In this document: positions 1-9,875 of the stretch, one piece after another
How the letters are laid out: each line of letters begins with the position of its first letter
Position numbering within the stretch: position 1 is the stretch's first letter
NCBI GenBank assembly: GCA_965226785.1
Contig: CBDDEC010000003.1
Coordinates: forward strand, 387,205 to 451,204
Reading direction: 5' to 3'
Source: Dehalococcoidia bacterium
Lineage (GTDB): Bacteria > Chloroflexota > Dehalococcoidia > UBA2979
DNA: 64,000 nucleotides
Position numbers and translations under genes: made by a program
Notes under the pieces: generated by a model
What the model was told of the DNA's origin: nothing
What the model saw: the letters and a program-made list of their open reading frames with translations, nothing else
Database searches by the model: none

Positions 1-231
1 GATGCGCGAAAAATCGCATCCCGTCGACCGCGCGAGGGCGCGCGCCAGCATGGTCTTACCCGTGCCCGGCACGTCTTCGATCAGTAGATGGCCCCGGCAG
101 AGCAAGGTGATCAGCGCCAGTCGCGCCTCGTGAGTCTTGCCAATGATGACTTTCTCGACGTTGTCGAGGATGCGCGTGCTTATGGCGTTGGCGTCGTCCA
201 AGGAGCCCTCCCCAGCAGTTTCGTTCGGCAC
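1..231 (-). CDS. MoxR-like AAA+ ATPase, 5' part only (the gene runs off the window start)
   Basis: Minus-strand translation reads [69 protein letters not shown]. This has the MoxR N-terminal region and Walker A (GxPGTGKT). Putative GTG start near 231. Not in the ORF track because it has no in-window stop. Confidence 0.6.
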   Translation of the reverse strand, partial: MPNETAGEGSLDDANAISTRILDNVEKVIIGKTHEARLALITLLCRGHLLIEDVPGTGKTMLARALARSTGCDFSRI

Positions 232-335
232 CGCCGCCGACTGGCCCTCGTGATCGCAACCCCTGTGGGACCAAGGCCACGGACACGGAGCGCGGGTCTT
301 CAGCGTGGTGGTGTAGGTACGCCCGGCAAGCGATC

Positions 336-1583
336 TTGCGGGCGGCGATGCCGCGAGTATACCGGATCGAGGCCGGAGGTTCGGGGTCGAGCGCTACCAT
401 CCGGCTATCTGCTGCACTACGCTCGGCCGCGCCACCACAGCGAGCGAGGTGCCCCCTGAGCAGTCCGTTCCCGGGCGCGCCTCAGCGCCCGCCTCCCGAC
501 TATGCCTCGTTACGCGTTCGCCTCGCGGTCGTGTTGCTCGCGGTCGTCATCCTCGTCGGCGCGGCCGCGATCGGCGCCTCGCTGCGCGACGAGGACGATG
601 CCGGCCTGATCGTAACCGCCTCCAGCCCATCGCCCACCGTCGAGGCCTCGACCAGCACGCCAACGGCCACGCCCACGACGCCCACGCCCACACCAACCGC
701 CACGCCGACGCCGACCTCAACGCCCACGCCCGAGCCGACGCGTGCGCCCGCCTCGGTTGAGCTGCAGCCGTCAGAAGTGGGGCGGGGCGAGACGTTGCTC
801 ATCACGGTGCAGGCCGCGGGCGCCACCTCCGGCGCGATCGCCCTCCGTGGGGAGCTCTTCCCTCTCGTCGCCGACGGCGACGCGCTGTTCGCCGTCATCG
901 GGATACCACTCGACGCCACTCTCGGCCGCGTCGAGGTCACAGCGACCACGCTCGACGCCAGCGGCGCTCAGCTCGATCGGCTCCTCGCAACGTTCGAGGT
1001 CGTCGAGGTGGAGCGGCCGATCGACTTCCTGACGCTGACCGAGGAGGAGGCGTCCGTGCTGACGCCGGAGGCAGCGATCGAAGAGCGTCAATTGCGCGCC
1101 GAACAGTTTGCCGAGTTCGACCGCGACCGCCGCTGGAGCGGGGTGTTCCGCCTACCCGCCCAGGGCATCCTGACCACCCAGTTCGGCTCGGGCCGCTCCA
1201 CGAACGGTGGTCTCGTGGGCAACTTCCACACCGGCACTGACATCGCAGCCGCCCGCGGCACGGTGATCACCGCGCCGGCGGCCGGTCGTGTCGCCTGGGT
1301 CGGCGCGATGCCGATCCGCGGCAACAGCGTCATCCTCGACCACGGCGCGGGCGTGCTCACCGGCTACCACCACCTCGACGAGACCAACGTCGAGGCCGGG
1401 CAGAGCATCGAGGCCGGTGTGGTGCTTGGGCTGATGGGCTCGACTGGGCTCTCGACCGGCCCCCACCTCCACTGGGAGATGACGATCTACGGCGTCAACG
1501 TCGACGCGATGACCTGGACCACCGTCGACTTCACGCCAGTGACCGAGGCGGCGGCCAGCGCGACCTCAGACGGCGGACCCTAG
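336..1583 (+). CDS. Membrane-anchored M23 family metallopeptidase (LytM domain) with a Pro/Thr-rich linker
   Basis: Single TM helix ([25 protein letters not shown]), then a (PT)n/TPTPTATP linker. C-terminal M23 motifs HTGTD ... [14 protein letters not shown]. Start may be the ATG at 348. Confidence 0.8.
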   Translation: MRAAMPRVYRIEAGGSGSSATIRLSAALRSAAPPQRARCPLSSPFPGAPQRPPPDYASLRVRLAVVLLAVVILVGAAAIGASLRDEDDAGLIVTASSPSPTVEASTSTPTATPTTPTPTPTATPTPTSTPTPEPTRAPASVELQPSEVGRGETLLITVQAAGATSGAIALRGELFPLVADGDALFAVIGIPLDATLGRVEVTATTLDASGAQLDRLLATFEVVEVERPIDFLTLTEEEASVLTPEAAIEERQLRAEQFAEFDRDRRWSGVFRLPAQGILTTQFGSGRSTNGGLVGNFHTGTDIAAARGTVITAPAAGRVAWVGAMPIRGNSVILDHGAGVLTGYHHLDETNVEAGQSIEAGVVLGLMGSTGLSTGPHLHWEMTIYGVNVDAMTWTTVDFTPVTEAAASATSDGGP

Positions 1584-2317
1584 CTGCTCGCGGTGGCCTC
1601 GAGGGCGTAGGCGAGCGCGACGATCGCCGCCGTCTCGACACGCAGCGATTGCGGACCAAGCGTGACGAGCCGCGCGCCCTGTTCACGCCAGGCGACGCGC
1701 TCCTCGTCACTCCACCCGCCCTCCGGCCCGATCGCGATGCCGATGCGGTGCGGGGTTGCGCCCTCACCGCGGTCGGCAAGCGCCTCCGCGATCGTGGGCA
1801 GCGGGTCGTCGGTCAGATCCGCCACCAACATCAGGTCGATCCCGTCGAGGGCATCCTCGACGGTCGGCACGACGGCGCGGCGGCATTGCTCGGCAGCCGC
1901 GACGGCGATGCGTTCCCAGCGTGCGATCCGTCCGTCGCCAGGGCGTAGCACCGCGTGCATCGCCTCGAGGGGTACGAACGCCGCTACGCCGAGCTCGGTC
2001 GCCTTCTCAATGATCCAGTCGCCGCGCTGAGCACGCGGGAAGGCGCAGCAGAGCACGATGTCGACTGGCGCCTCGGGCGGCGGTTCGACCGTGTCGAGGA
2101 GCGCCAGCGTCACCTCGCCGCCACTGATGGCAGCGACCCGCGCCTCGCGCTCGCGGCCGCGGCCGTCGAACACGCGCAGCTGGTCGCCGGTCTGCACGCG
2201 CATCACCCGCGCCAGCCGGTGCCCGGCATCACCGTCGAGGACCGCCGTCGCACCCTCGAATCGCTCGGGGTCCAGGTAGCGGCGGATCACGGACGCACCC
2301 CCATCAGCACGCACCAA
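1580..2317 (-). CDS. rsmE: 16S rRNA (uracil1498-N3)-methyltransferase RsmE
   Basis: RsmE-like sequence throughout, with a PUA-like N-terminus and a SPOUT C-terminus (GPEGGWSDEE). Located downstream of prmA as in the B. subtilis dnaK operon. The true start is probably internal, giving less overlap with prmA. Confidence 0.8.
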   Translation of the reverse strand: MVRADGGASVIRRYLDPERFEGATAVLDGDAGHRLARVMRVQTGDQLRVFDGRGREREARVAAISGGEVTLALLDTVEPPPEAPVDIVLCCAFPRAQRGDWIIEKATELGVAAFVPLEAMHAVLRPGDGRIARWERIAVAAAEQCRRAVVPTVEDALDGIDLMLVADLTDDPLPTIAEALADRGEGATPHRIGIAIGPEGGWSDEERVAWREQGARLVTLGPQSLRVETAAIVALAYALEATASS

Positions 2318-3204
2318 CCCTCCTCCGTCGCCTCGTCCCGCAACTCGAGGCCAGCGGCGACGGCCGCCGCCGCGACCTCATCGCGGTCACGCGCGAGGAA
2401 CCCGCCGAGTATGACGCGCCCGCCCGGCGCAAGCAGCGCCGCCATCGGACCTGCGAGCTCGACAGCGACCGCCGAGGAGATGTTGGCGACGATCACGTCG
2501 AACGGCGCACGCTGGCGAGCGACATCGACGCTGCCGACGAGCAAGTCGAGGCAAGGGCCCACGCCGTTAGCCTCCACGTTCTGCCGTGCGATCCCGACCG
2601 CATGCTCGTCGATGTCGCAGCCCAGCACCGCGCGTGCGCCGAGTTTCGCCGCAGCGATGGCCAGAACGCCCGATCCGCAGCCCACGTCGAGCACGGCTCC
2701 ACCCCCGACCTGCGCCCGCTCGACCGAGGCCAGGCACAGTCGCGTCGTTGCGTGCTGGCCGGTGCCGAACGCGGCGCCGGGATCGAGCGTGATCACCACC
2801 CGCTCCGACGAGGGCGGCTCCAGCCAGCTCGGGCACAGCAGTAACCGCTCACCGACCTCGATTGGCACGTAGAACCGCCGCCACTCCTCGACCCAGTCGA
2901 CCGGCGTCACCACCATCCAGCGCAGGCGACGCAGCGTCGCCCGCAACGGCAGCGCTGCCAGCCGCCGGCGCACATCTCGGCGCGTCGACGCATCGACGGG
3001 TGCCGGGAAGAACGCTCGCAACACCGTTGGCTGATCGAGCAGGTCGTAGGCGAAGTCGGCATCGTCGCGCGGGCGGATCGAGGGCTCCTCGACGACGCCG
3101 CCCGGGGCCATCGAGGTGAGTGCGTCGGCGACGAGGTCGGCGTCCGCCACATCGACGCGCGTGGTCAACTCGACCCAGCTCTCACTCGGTTCTGGTTCGT
3201 TCAC
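2287..3204 (-). CDS. prmA: Ribosomal protein L11 methyltransferase PrmA
   Basis: SAM-binding motif VLDVGCGSGVLAIAAAKLGA and PrmA-like overall architecture. Located directly after dnaJ. Confidence 0.85.
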   Translation of the reverse strand: MNEPEPSESWVELTTRVDVADADLVADALTSMAPGGVVEEPSIRPRDDADFAYDLLDQPTVLRAFFPAPVDASTRRDVRRRLAALPLRATLRRLRWMVVTPVDWVEEWRRFYVPIEVGERLLLCPSWLEPPSSERVVITLDPGAAFGTGQHATTRLCLASVERAQVGGGAVLDVGCGSGVLAIAAAKLGARAVLGCDIDEHAVGIARQNVEANGVGPCLDLLVGSVDVARQRAPFDVIVANISSAVAVELAGPMAALLAPGGRVILGGFLARDRDEVAAAAVAAGLELRDEATEEGWCVLMGVRP

Positions 3205-3228
3205 GGTGATCGGTCGCCTGCGGAACCG

Positions 3229-4347
3229 CTAGCCGGAAAACGCGCCGCGAAGCCTGTCGAACAGCGAATCGCTGCCGTGTGGGACCTCGGGGGTGCCGAG
3301 CGAGGTCGCGAGCTGCTGCATCAGCTCCTGCTGCTCATCGCTGAGCTTCGTCGGCGTCACGACAAAGGTGCGTACGAGGAGATCGCCCCGCCCGCCGCCA
3401 CGGACGTGGGGCACGCCATAGCCGTCGAGCGAGAGCACGGTGCCGTGCTGCGTCCCGGCCTTCACGTTGATTTCGATCTCTTCGCCGTCAATCGTCGGGA
3501 TCTCGACCCGTGTGCCGAGCGCAGCCTGCGCGACGTTCAGCGGTAGGTCGAACACCAGGTCATCGTTGATGCGCTCGAAGCGCTGGTCGGGCTTTACATC
3601 GATCTCCACGTAGAGATTGCCGGAGGGGCCGCCTCGGAGGCCCGCATCGCCCTCGCCCGCCACGCGGATCTGCGCGCCGGAGTCCACACCGGCCGGGATC
3701 TTGATCGTGCGGCGCACCTTCGCGCGCCTGATCCCGCGCCCGTTGCACGTCTCGCACGCGTCCGTCACGACCGAACCAACGCCGCGGCAGCTCGTGCAGG
3801 TGGCGACGTTGACGAACTGTCCGAAGAGCGACTGCTGCACCCGGCGCAGCTCGCCGGAGCCCTTACAGTCGGGACACTCGCCTCGTGCGCCGCCGTCTCG
3901 CTGGCCGGTGGCGTTGCAGTCGGGGCAGGACTCCGTGCGCTGGAAGCTCAAGCGCTTCTCGGTGCCGAAGACCGCCTCCTCGAAGTCGAGCATGGTCGAC
4001 ATCTGAATGTCGGCCCCACGTTGGGCGGTCGCGCGTCGCGAGGCGGTGCCGCGGAAGAAGGCGTCGAAGATGTCGCCGAACCCACCAAAGTTCTCGTGGC
4101 CCGCGAAACCCTGGCCGTTGCCGTTGACGCCCGCCATGCCAAAGCGGTCGTAGCGCGAGCGCTTCTCGGGGTCGGACAGCACCTCGTAGGCGGCGTTGAC
4201 CTCCTTGAAGCGCCCCTCCGCGTCCTCGGCGTCGTTGCGGTCGGGGTGGAACTCCATGGCACGCTGACGGAAGGCACGCTTCACCTCCTCGTCAGAGGCG
4301 CCGCGCTCGATCCCGAGAACGTTGTAGAGGTCGCGTTCGGTAGTCAT
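3229..4347 (-). CDS. dnaJ: Chaperone DnaJ (Hsp40)
   Basis: J-domain YNVLGIERGASDEEVKRAFRQRAMEFHPDRN with HPD. G/F-rich region. Four CxxCxGxG zinc-finger repeats. Conserved C-terminal domain. Confidence 0.95.
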   Translation of the reverse strand: MTTERDLYNVLGIERGASDEEVKRAFRQRAMEFHPDRNDAEDAEGRFKEVNAAYEVLSDPEKRSRYDRFGMAGVNGNGQGFAGHENFGGFGDIFDAFFRGTASRRATAQRGADIQMSTMLDFEEAVFGTEKRLSFQRTESCPDCNATGQRDGGARGECPDCKGSGELRRVQQSLFGQFVNVATCTSCRGVGSVVTDACETCNGRGIRRAKVRRTIKIPAGVDSGAQIRVAGEGDAGLRGGPSGNLYVEIDVKPDQRFERINDDLVFDLPLNVAQAALGTRVEIPTIDGEEIEINVKAGTQHGTVLSLDGYGVPHVRGGGRGDLLVRTFVVTPTKLSDEQQELMQQLATSLGTPEVPHGSDSLFDRLRGAFSG

Positions 4348-4404
4348 CGACGATCCATTGTACCCGGGTGCCCGGTCTCGTTCCGTCCGAGGGCCTTGCG
4401 AGCC

Positions 4405-5175
4405 CTAGCTCGCCGGTGCGAGCAGCAGGCTGCGCATCGAGTCGAACATATCCTCGGTCACGCCGATCTGGCGCAGATAGCCCAGCGGACCGCCGTATTC
4501 GCGCTCGACGCCGTCGAGGAAGCCGCCGATCGCGTCGGCCGGCACACCCATCAGGCGGCTGAACCTCGCACGATCCTCGTCCGAGAGCGGCCCTCGCTGC
4601 GCCTCGATCAGCGGCTCGACGAACGCCAGTTGCCGCGCCACATCGTCGTTCGTCAGCGCGTAGTCCGCCTCGATCGTCGCGCGGTCAACGCCGAGGACGG
4701 CGAGCGTCAGCGCCGTCGTGACACCGGTGCGATCCTTGCCCGCCGTGCAGTGCACCAGCACGGGGTAGCTCGCCGGATCCGCGATCAGTTCGAACACACG
4801 CAGCCACAGCGCCGAGTCGAAGCTGAGGTAGTTCAAGTAGCGCTCGCCGGAGATGCCGGGGCCGATCCGATCGTCGAGGATCTGTGTGCCGTCTGCGGGG
4901 ATGACGGAGATCCACTCGCGGCGCGCGCCGAGACCCTCGAGCGGTCCCGGGCCCTGGTCCTCGAGTTCGTCGACACGGCGTAGATCGATCTGCGTCTGCA
5001 CCGACAGCTCGCGCGCCCTCGCGAGGTCCGCCTCGGTCATACGGTCCTGGCGAGCGGCCCGATAGTAGCGGGACCAGTTCACGGCACGACCATCGAGGCC
5101 GATGTAGCCGCCGATGTCGCGGAAGTTGAAACAACCGGCGAAGTCGATGTGGCGGTCGGATAACTTCGGGGTCAC
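4405..5175 (-). CDS. Protein tyrosine/dual-specificity phosphatase (CX5R, Tyr_phosphatase_3-like), paralog 1
   Basis: Signature VLVHCTAGKDRTGVTTAL (C-X5-R P-loop). N-terminal region FNFRDIGGY is typical of this PTP family. There is a 57-bp gap to dnaJ on the same strand. Confidence 0.75.
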   Translation of the reverse strand: MTPKLSDRHIDFAGCFNFRDIGGYIGLDGRAVNWSRYYRAARQDRMTEADLARARELSVQTQIDLRRVDELEDQGPGPLEGLGARREWISVIPADGTQILDDRIGPGISGERYLNYLSFDSALWLRVFELIADPASYPVLVHCTAGKDRTGVTTALTLAVLGVDRATIEADYALTNDDVARQLAFVEPLIEAQRGPLSDEDRARFSRLMGVPADAIGGFLDGVEREYGGPLGYLRQIGVTEDMFDSMRSLLLAPAS

Positions 5176-5942
5176 GCCTGGTCCTCGTTCCCGTCTTCGA
5201 GCAGCAGCTCGACGATGCGGTCCATGGTTTCGTCGCTGACGCCGTGGCTGCGCAGGTAGCTGCGAGCGTCGCCGTGCTGCTCAACCAGCGCCTCCAGCAT
5301 CTCCACCATCGCCGGGGGCGATACGCCAAGGGCAGGGTTGCGCTCCTCGTCCGCGCCGATCGTGCCCCGCGCGCGCATACGCTCGACGAGCAGGTCCATA
5401 TGCAGCTGGCTCTCGCCGTAGTCTTCCACGATCACCTCGTGGTCCACACCCAGCACATCGAGGATCAGCGCGGCGAAGACGCCTGTCCGATCCTTGCCCG
5501 TGACGCAGTGGAAGACCGCCGGGTAGGCACTCTCGGTCGCGAGGAGTTCCGCCGCCCGCGCCCACGACGGGCCCGAATGCTCCAACATCGTGACGTAGTT
5601 GGGACGCCACTCGCCGCGCTCCCGCGCCTCATACTTTGACCGCGCGTTGCCCATCGGCAAATGGTGCCGCGTCGCCGGTGGATCGGCGAGGCGCCCGAGC
5701 CCTCGAGGGTGGTCCGACTCAACGTCGCTGCGGAAGTCGATGACGGTGCGGAGGCCGAGCAGCTCACGCGCCCGCGCTGCCTCCTCGTCGGTCATCCGCT
5801 GGTGCTCCGCGGAGCGGTAGAGCGTCCGCCAGCGGACGGTCCGCCCGTCAGCGCCGGCGTAGCCACCCATGTCGCGCAGGTTGAACACCTGCTCGAAGTC
5901 GATGTGACGCTCGTTCACCATCGAGTCACGGCTCCTCGCCAC
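5172..5942 (-). CDS. Protein tyrosine/dual-specificity phosphatase (CX5R), paralog 2
   Basis: AVFHCVTGKDRTGVFAAL P-loop and FNLRDMGGY N-terminal motif. Overlaps paralog 1 by 4 bp (translational coupling). Lies 28 bp downstream of dnaK. Confidence 0.75.
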   Translation of the reverse strand: MARSRDSMVNERHIDFEQVFNLRDMGGYAGADGRTVRWRTLYRSAEHQRMTDEEAARARELLGLRTVIDFRSDVESDHPRGLGRLADPPATRHHLPMGNARSKYEARERGEWRPNYVTMLEHSGPSWARAAELLATESAYPAVFHCVTGKDRTGVFAALILDVLGVDHEVIVEDYGESQLHMDLLVERMRARGTIGADEERNPALGVSPPAMVEMLEALVEQHGDARSYLRSHGVSDETMDRIVELLLEDGNEDQA

Positions 5943-5970
5943 TGTCCTCGCTCACTGGGCCGGTCGAGGA

Positions 5971-7893
5971 CTAGACCTCGCGGAACTCGCCCTCGATCGT
6001 GCTGTCCTCGCCGGAGGCGTCGCCGGCCGCGGCGCCTTCCGCTTCGCCCGCAGCCTCGGCGCCCTCAGCCTCAGCACCTGCAGCCTCGGCGGCCGCGCCG
6101 TAGACGGCCTGACCAATTTCCTGCATTGCTGTGGAGAGCTCGTCGACCTTGGTCTGCAGCTCCTCGACGTCGTCGGAGTCGAGGACGGCGCGCACCTCGG
6201 CGACCTTCGCCTCGACCGCCGTCTTCTGCTCCTCCTGGATCTGCTCGGCGTTGTCGGCCAGCAGCTTCTCAGCAGCGAAGGCAAGCGACTCGGCGGAGTT
6301 GCGCAGCTCGACCGAGCGGCGCTTCTCCGCGTCCTCGGAGGCGTGTGCCTCCGCCTCCTTCATCAGGCGCTCCACCTCCTCGTCGGAGAGACCGGACGAG
6401 GCCTGAATCGTGACGTGCTGCTCTTTGTTCGTCGCCTTGTCCTTCGCCGACACCTTCACGATGCCGTTCGCGTCGATGTCGAACGAGACCTCGATCTGCG
6501 GCACCGCCCGCGGCGCCGGGAGGATGCCGTCGAGGAGGAAGCGAGCGAGCGAGTTGTTGTCCCCCGCCATGGAGCGCTCGCCCTGCATCACATGGATCTC
6601 GACCTGCGACTGATTGTCGGCGGCGGTCGTGAACGTCTGTGAGGCGCTGGTCGGGATCGTCGTATTGCGCTCGATCAGCGATGTCATGACGCCGCCCAGC
6701 GTCTCGATCCCCAGCGCCAGCGGCGTGACGTCGAGGAGCAGCACGTCGCTGACCTCGCCCTTGAGCACGCCCGCCTGGATCGCGGCGCCGATCGCCACCA
6801 CCTCGTCGGGGTTGACGCCCCGGTGCGGCTCCTTGCCGAAAAGCTCCTCGACCTTCTGCTGCACCAGCGGCATGCGCGTCATGCCGCCGACCAGCACGAC
6901 CTCGTCGATCTGCGAGGCGTTGAGGCCGGCGTCCTTGAGCGCCTGCTTCGCCGGCTCGAGCGAACGCTCGACGAGGTCGCCGACGAGCTGCTCGAGCTGC
7001 GCGCGGCTCATGTTCATCACCATGTGCTTCGGCCCGGAGGCATCCGCAGTGATGAAGGGCAGGTTGATCTCGGTCGTCTGCGCGGAAGAGAGCTCAATCT
7101 TGGCCTTCTCCGCCGCCTCCTTGAGGCGCTGCTGCGCCGTCCGGTCCTGCGCGAGGTCGACGCCCTGGTCCTTCTTAAACTCGGCAACCAGATGCCCGAT
7201 GATCACCTCATCGAAGTCGTCACCGCCGAGGAACGTGTCGCCGTTGGTGGCCTTGACCTGGAACGTGCCTTCGCCAATCTCGAGGATCGAGACGTCGAAG
7301 GTGCCACCACCCAGGTCGTAGACGACGATCACCTCGTCGTCTTTCTTGTCGAGCCCGTAGGCGAGCGACGCTGCGGTCGGCTCGTTGATGATGCGCAGCA
7401 CCTCGAGGCCGGCGATGCGGCCAGCATCCCGTGTGGCCTGGCGCTGGGCGTCGTTGAAGTAGGCCGGGACAGTGATCACGGCCTCGTTGACCGGCTCGCC
7501 CAGATAGGCCTCTGCGTCCGCTTTTAGCTTCTGGAGGACCATCGCGCTGATCTCCGGCGCAGAATAGTCCTGACCGGCCATCTGCACGCCGGCGTCGCCA
7601 TTGTCGCGCCGGATGATCGCGAACCCCGCAACCTCACGCATCTTCGCAACCTCGGCGTCCTCGAAGCGACGACCCATGAGGCGTTTCACCGAGTAGACGG
7701 TGTTCTCCGGGTTGGTCACCGCCTGCCGCTTGGCGATCGTGCCGACGAGGCGCTCGCCATCCTTCGCAGTCGCGACGACCGAGGGCGTCGTGCGACCACC
7801 CTCGGCGTTAGGCACGACCTGCGGCTCGCCCGCCTCCATCACGGCGACGCACGAGTTCGTCGTACCGAGGTCGATGCCGATTACCTTTGCCAT
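5971..7893 (-). CDS. dnaK: Chaperone DnaK (Hsp70)
   Basis: [22 protein letters not shown] ... [12 protein letters not shown] ... full-length Hsp70 with an acidic EEVD-like tail (EGEFREV). Confidence 0.97.
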   Translation of the reverse strand: MAKVIGIDLGTTNSCVAVMEAGEPQVVPNAEGGRTTPSVVATAKDGERLVGTIAKRQAVTNPENTVYSVKRLMGRRFEDAEVAKMREVAGFAIIRRDNGDAGVQMAGQDYSAPEISAMVLQKLKADAEAYLGEPVNEAVITVPAYFNDAQRQATRDAGRIAGLEVLRIINEPTAASLAYGLDKKDDEVIVVYDLGGGTFDVSILEIGEGTFQVKATNGDTFLGGDDFDEVIIGHLVAEFKKDQGVDLAQDRTAQQRLKEAAEKAKIELSSAQTTEINLPFITADASGPKHMVMNMSRAQLEQLVGDLVERSLEPAKQALKDAGLNASQIDEVVLVGGMTRMPLVQQKVEELFGKEPHRGVNPDEVVAIGAAIQAGVLKGEVSDVLLLDVTPLALGIETLGGVMTSLIERNTTIPTSASQTFTTAADNQSQVEIHVMQGERSMAGDNNSLARFLLDGILPAPRAVPQIEVSFDIDANGIVKVSAKDKATNKEQHVTIQASSGLSDEEVERLMKEAEAHASEDAEKRRSVELRNSAESLAFAAEKLLADNAEQIQEEQKTAVEAKVAEVRAVLDSDDVEELQTKVDELSTAMQEIGQAVYGAAAEAAGAEAEGAEAAGEAEGAAAGDASGEDSTIEGEFREV

Positions 7894-7974
7894 CTCATCT
7901 GTCCTTCACCGGCCTCGCGGACCGTCAAACCTGTGCGGGTGATCAGCGCTGAGCGCTGTCTCGCTGTCGTCTCG

Positions 7975-8541
7975 CTACTGTTCGTCTGGTGATTCGTCTG
8001 CTTCTTCGTTCGGGGTGACCTCAGAGCCATCGCCGACCATCACCCGGGCTGGTCGGATGACACGGCTGCCGAGCACGTAGCCACGCTCGACGCGGTGGAT
8101 GACGCGACCCTCTGGGCCGGCGACGTAGCCCATCGCCTCGTGGACATTGGGGTCGAACGCCTCGCCTTCGGCGGCGACCTCCGTCACCCCGGCCGCTTCG
8201 AGCACGGCGTTGAACTTCTGCTGGACCAGCCGCACGCCCTCCATCCACGGGTGATCCGCCAGATCCTCGTCGGCCGACTCGATCGCGCGATTGAGGTCAT
8301 CGAGAATGGGCAGGAAGTTCAGCAACACGGAGGCGAGCGTGTAGCCCGCGAACTCCTGACGCTCCTCCCCGGAGCGCCGTTGCAGGTTCTGGTAGTCAGC
8401 CAGCGCCCGAGCGTGCGCCAGCTGCGCCGCCTCGAGCTGCGCCTGCAGTTCCTCAACGCTCGGCGGCGCCTCGGATGGGTCCGCCGAGCCGTCCTCGCGC
8501 TCGGGCGCGGCCGGCCCGCCGGCGGTCTCGTCGTTCGTCAT
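7975..8541 (-). CDS. grpE: Nucleotide exchange factor GrpE
   Basis: GrpE coiled-coil N-terminus (ELQAQLEAAQLAHARALADYQNLQRR) and C-terminal beta-sheet domain. Located between hrcA and dnaK. Confidence 0.9.
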   Translation of the reverse strand: MTNDETAGGPAAPEREDGSADPSEAPPSVEELQAQLEAAQLAHARALADYQNLQRRSGEERQEFAGYTLASVLLNFLPILDDLNRAIESADEDLADHPWMEGVRLVQQKFNAVLEAAGVTEVAAEGEAFDPNVHEAMGYVAGPEGRVIHRVERGYVLGSRVIRPARVMVGDGSEVTPNEEADESPDEQ

Positions 8542-8624
8542 CGCTTCTCCCGTAGGTCGCTTCGTTCGTGGCGTCGCAACAGCGCGCGGCTCGTCTCTCA
8601 GTCGTTCGTTCGGTGTACGGGCGG

Positions 8625-9647
8625 CTAGGCCGACTGCACCTCGTGCAGCAGCTGGCCCATCAGCTGCGCGACGTAACGGACGCGCGGCACCGTGCGCCGG
8701 TAGTCCATACGCATGGGTCCGAGGACCGCCACATGCCCGGCGGCGCCCTCGCTCTCTCCATAGCCGGAGACGATGACCGACCAGCCAGCCATGGCGTGGT
8801 CGCCCAGCTCCTGGCCGATCAGCACCCGCGTGGCCCCGACGTTGACGCCGGCGGTCGTCTCGATCAGCCCGCGTACGCGGTAAGCGTCGAGGTGCTCCAC
8901 GGCGTCGAGCATGCGATCGGCGTCGGAGAACTCAGGCTGGTTCAGCACCAGCCGCACGCCGTCGACGTACGTCTCTTCGGCGATCCGGTGCTCGTCGATC
9001 ATGTCGGCGATCGCGACCCCGATACGCTGGTCCTCTTCGTCGTCGAGTCCCGCCACCGTCTCGCGAATGCTGTCCGCGCCGGCGTCAGCGAGGCGCGCGT
9101 TCAGACGCGCGGCCCGCTCGGCGAGTCGCGCCTGCGACTCGGGGAGCTCAAGCGTGATGATGCGCTGCACGACGCGGCCATCATCGAGGACCGCGACGAC
9201 CAGAGCGCTCTCGCCGCCGAGCTCGACCAGCTGCGCGTGCTTGAGCGATGTCGTCACGCTGCGCGGTCGCGTCACCACCGCGACGTTGCTCACATGCGTC
9301 GCCAGGATCGTCGCGGCGAGGCTCAGCCACTCGTCGAGGCCGCCCAGAACCTGGTGCAGCTGGTGCTCGATGGTGCGCTGCTCGTCCGACCCGATCGGCT
9401 CCTCCGCCATCAACGCCTCGACGTAGTGCCGGTAGCCGAGGTGCGAGGGAATGCGCCCGGCGGACGTGTAGGGATGCGTGACGTAGCCGTCTTCCTCGAG
9501 GCGTGCCAGTTCGTTGCGAATGGTCGCGCTGGAGACGCCGAGCTGATGCTGGCTGACCAGCACACGCGAACTCACCGGTTCAGCCGTTTGGACGTAGTGG
9601 TCTACGACCATCTGCAGAATAGATTCGCGGCGTTCGGTTAATACCAC
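8625..9647 (-). CDS. hrcA: Heat-inducible transcription repressor HrcA
   Basis: N-terminal winged-helix RRESILQMVVDHYVQTAEPVSSRVL. Typical HrcA length. CIRCE operator lies immediately upstream. Confidence 0.9.
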   Translation of the reverse strand: MVLTERRESILQMVVDHYVQTAEPVSSRVLVSQHQLGVSSATIRNELARLEEDGYVTHPYTSAGRIPSHLGYRHYVEALMAEEPIGSDEQRTIEHQLHQVLGGLDEWLSLAATILATHVSNVAVVTRPRSVTTSLKHAQLVELGGESALVVAVLDDGRVVQRIITLELPESQARLAERAARLNARLADAGADSIRETVAGLDDEEDQRIGVAIADMIDEHRIAEETYVDGVRLVLNQPEFSDADRMLDAVEHLDAYRVRGLIETTAGVNVGATRVLIGQELGDHAMAGWSVIVSGYGESEGAAGHVAVLGPMRMDYRRTVPRVRYVAQLMGQLLHEVQSA

Positions 9648-9690
9648 GGCGCCCCGCCGGAACTCCTCGTAGGACTGCCAGTTCTTGCGA

Positions 9691-9717
9691 TTAGCAGTCT
9701 CAACCAGAGAGTGCTAA
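9691..9717. promoter_or_regulatory. CIRCE operator (HrcA binding site)
   Basis: The sequence ttagcagtc-tcaaccaga-gagtgctaa matches the consensus TTAGCACTC-N9-GAGTGCTAA with one mismatch. It lies 44-70 nt upstream of the hrcA start. Confidence 0.8.
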
Positions 9718-9724
9718 CAGCAAG

Positions 9725-9754
9725 ATTGTATGCCGTCCGGGCCCAGCGGGTCAA
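9725..9754 (-). promoter_or_regulatory. Putative sigma-A promoter of the hrcA-dnaK operon
   Basis: Minus strand reads TTGACC-18 nt-TACAAT. The -10 element ends about 7 nt before the CIRCE left arm, which is the classic CIRCE placement. Confidence 0.5.
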
Positions 9755-9875
9755 CGTCCAGCGGGCGTCTCAAGGCCGCTCCGCAGCAGCCCGTGGGCCG
9801 CCGCCTATAATCGAGGAGCGGCACCGGCAACCGCGATGCCCTCCATCGGACATCCGGTCGTCTCCCGTTGCGACA

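Noticed and set aside
56-459. ORFs 56..400 (-) and 88..459 (+)
   Set aside because: Both are shadow frames over the MoxR-like gene fragment and its upstream region. No domain signal.
4021-4983. 320-aa plus-strand ORF across dnaJ and PTP paralog 1
   Set aside because: It is antisense to conserved genes, with no recognisable domains and an Arg/Ala-rich composition.
8568-9641. 357-aa plus-strand ORF antisense to hrcA
   Set aside because: It is a shadow of hrcA.
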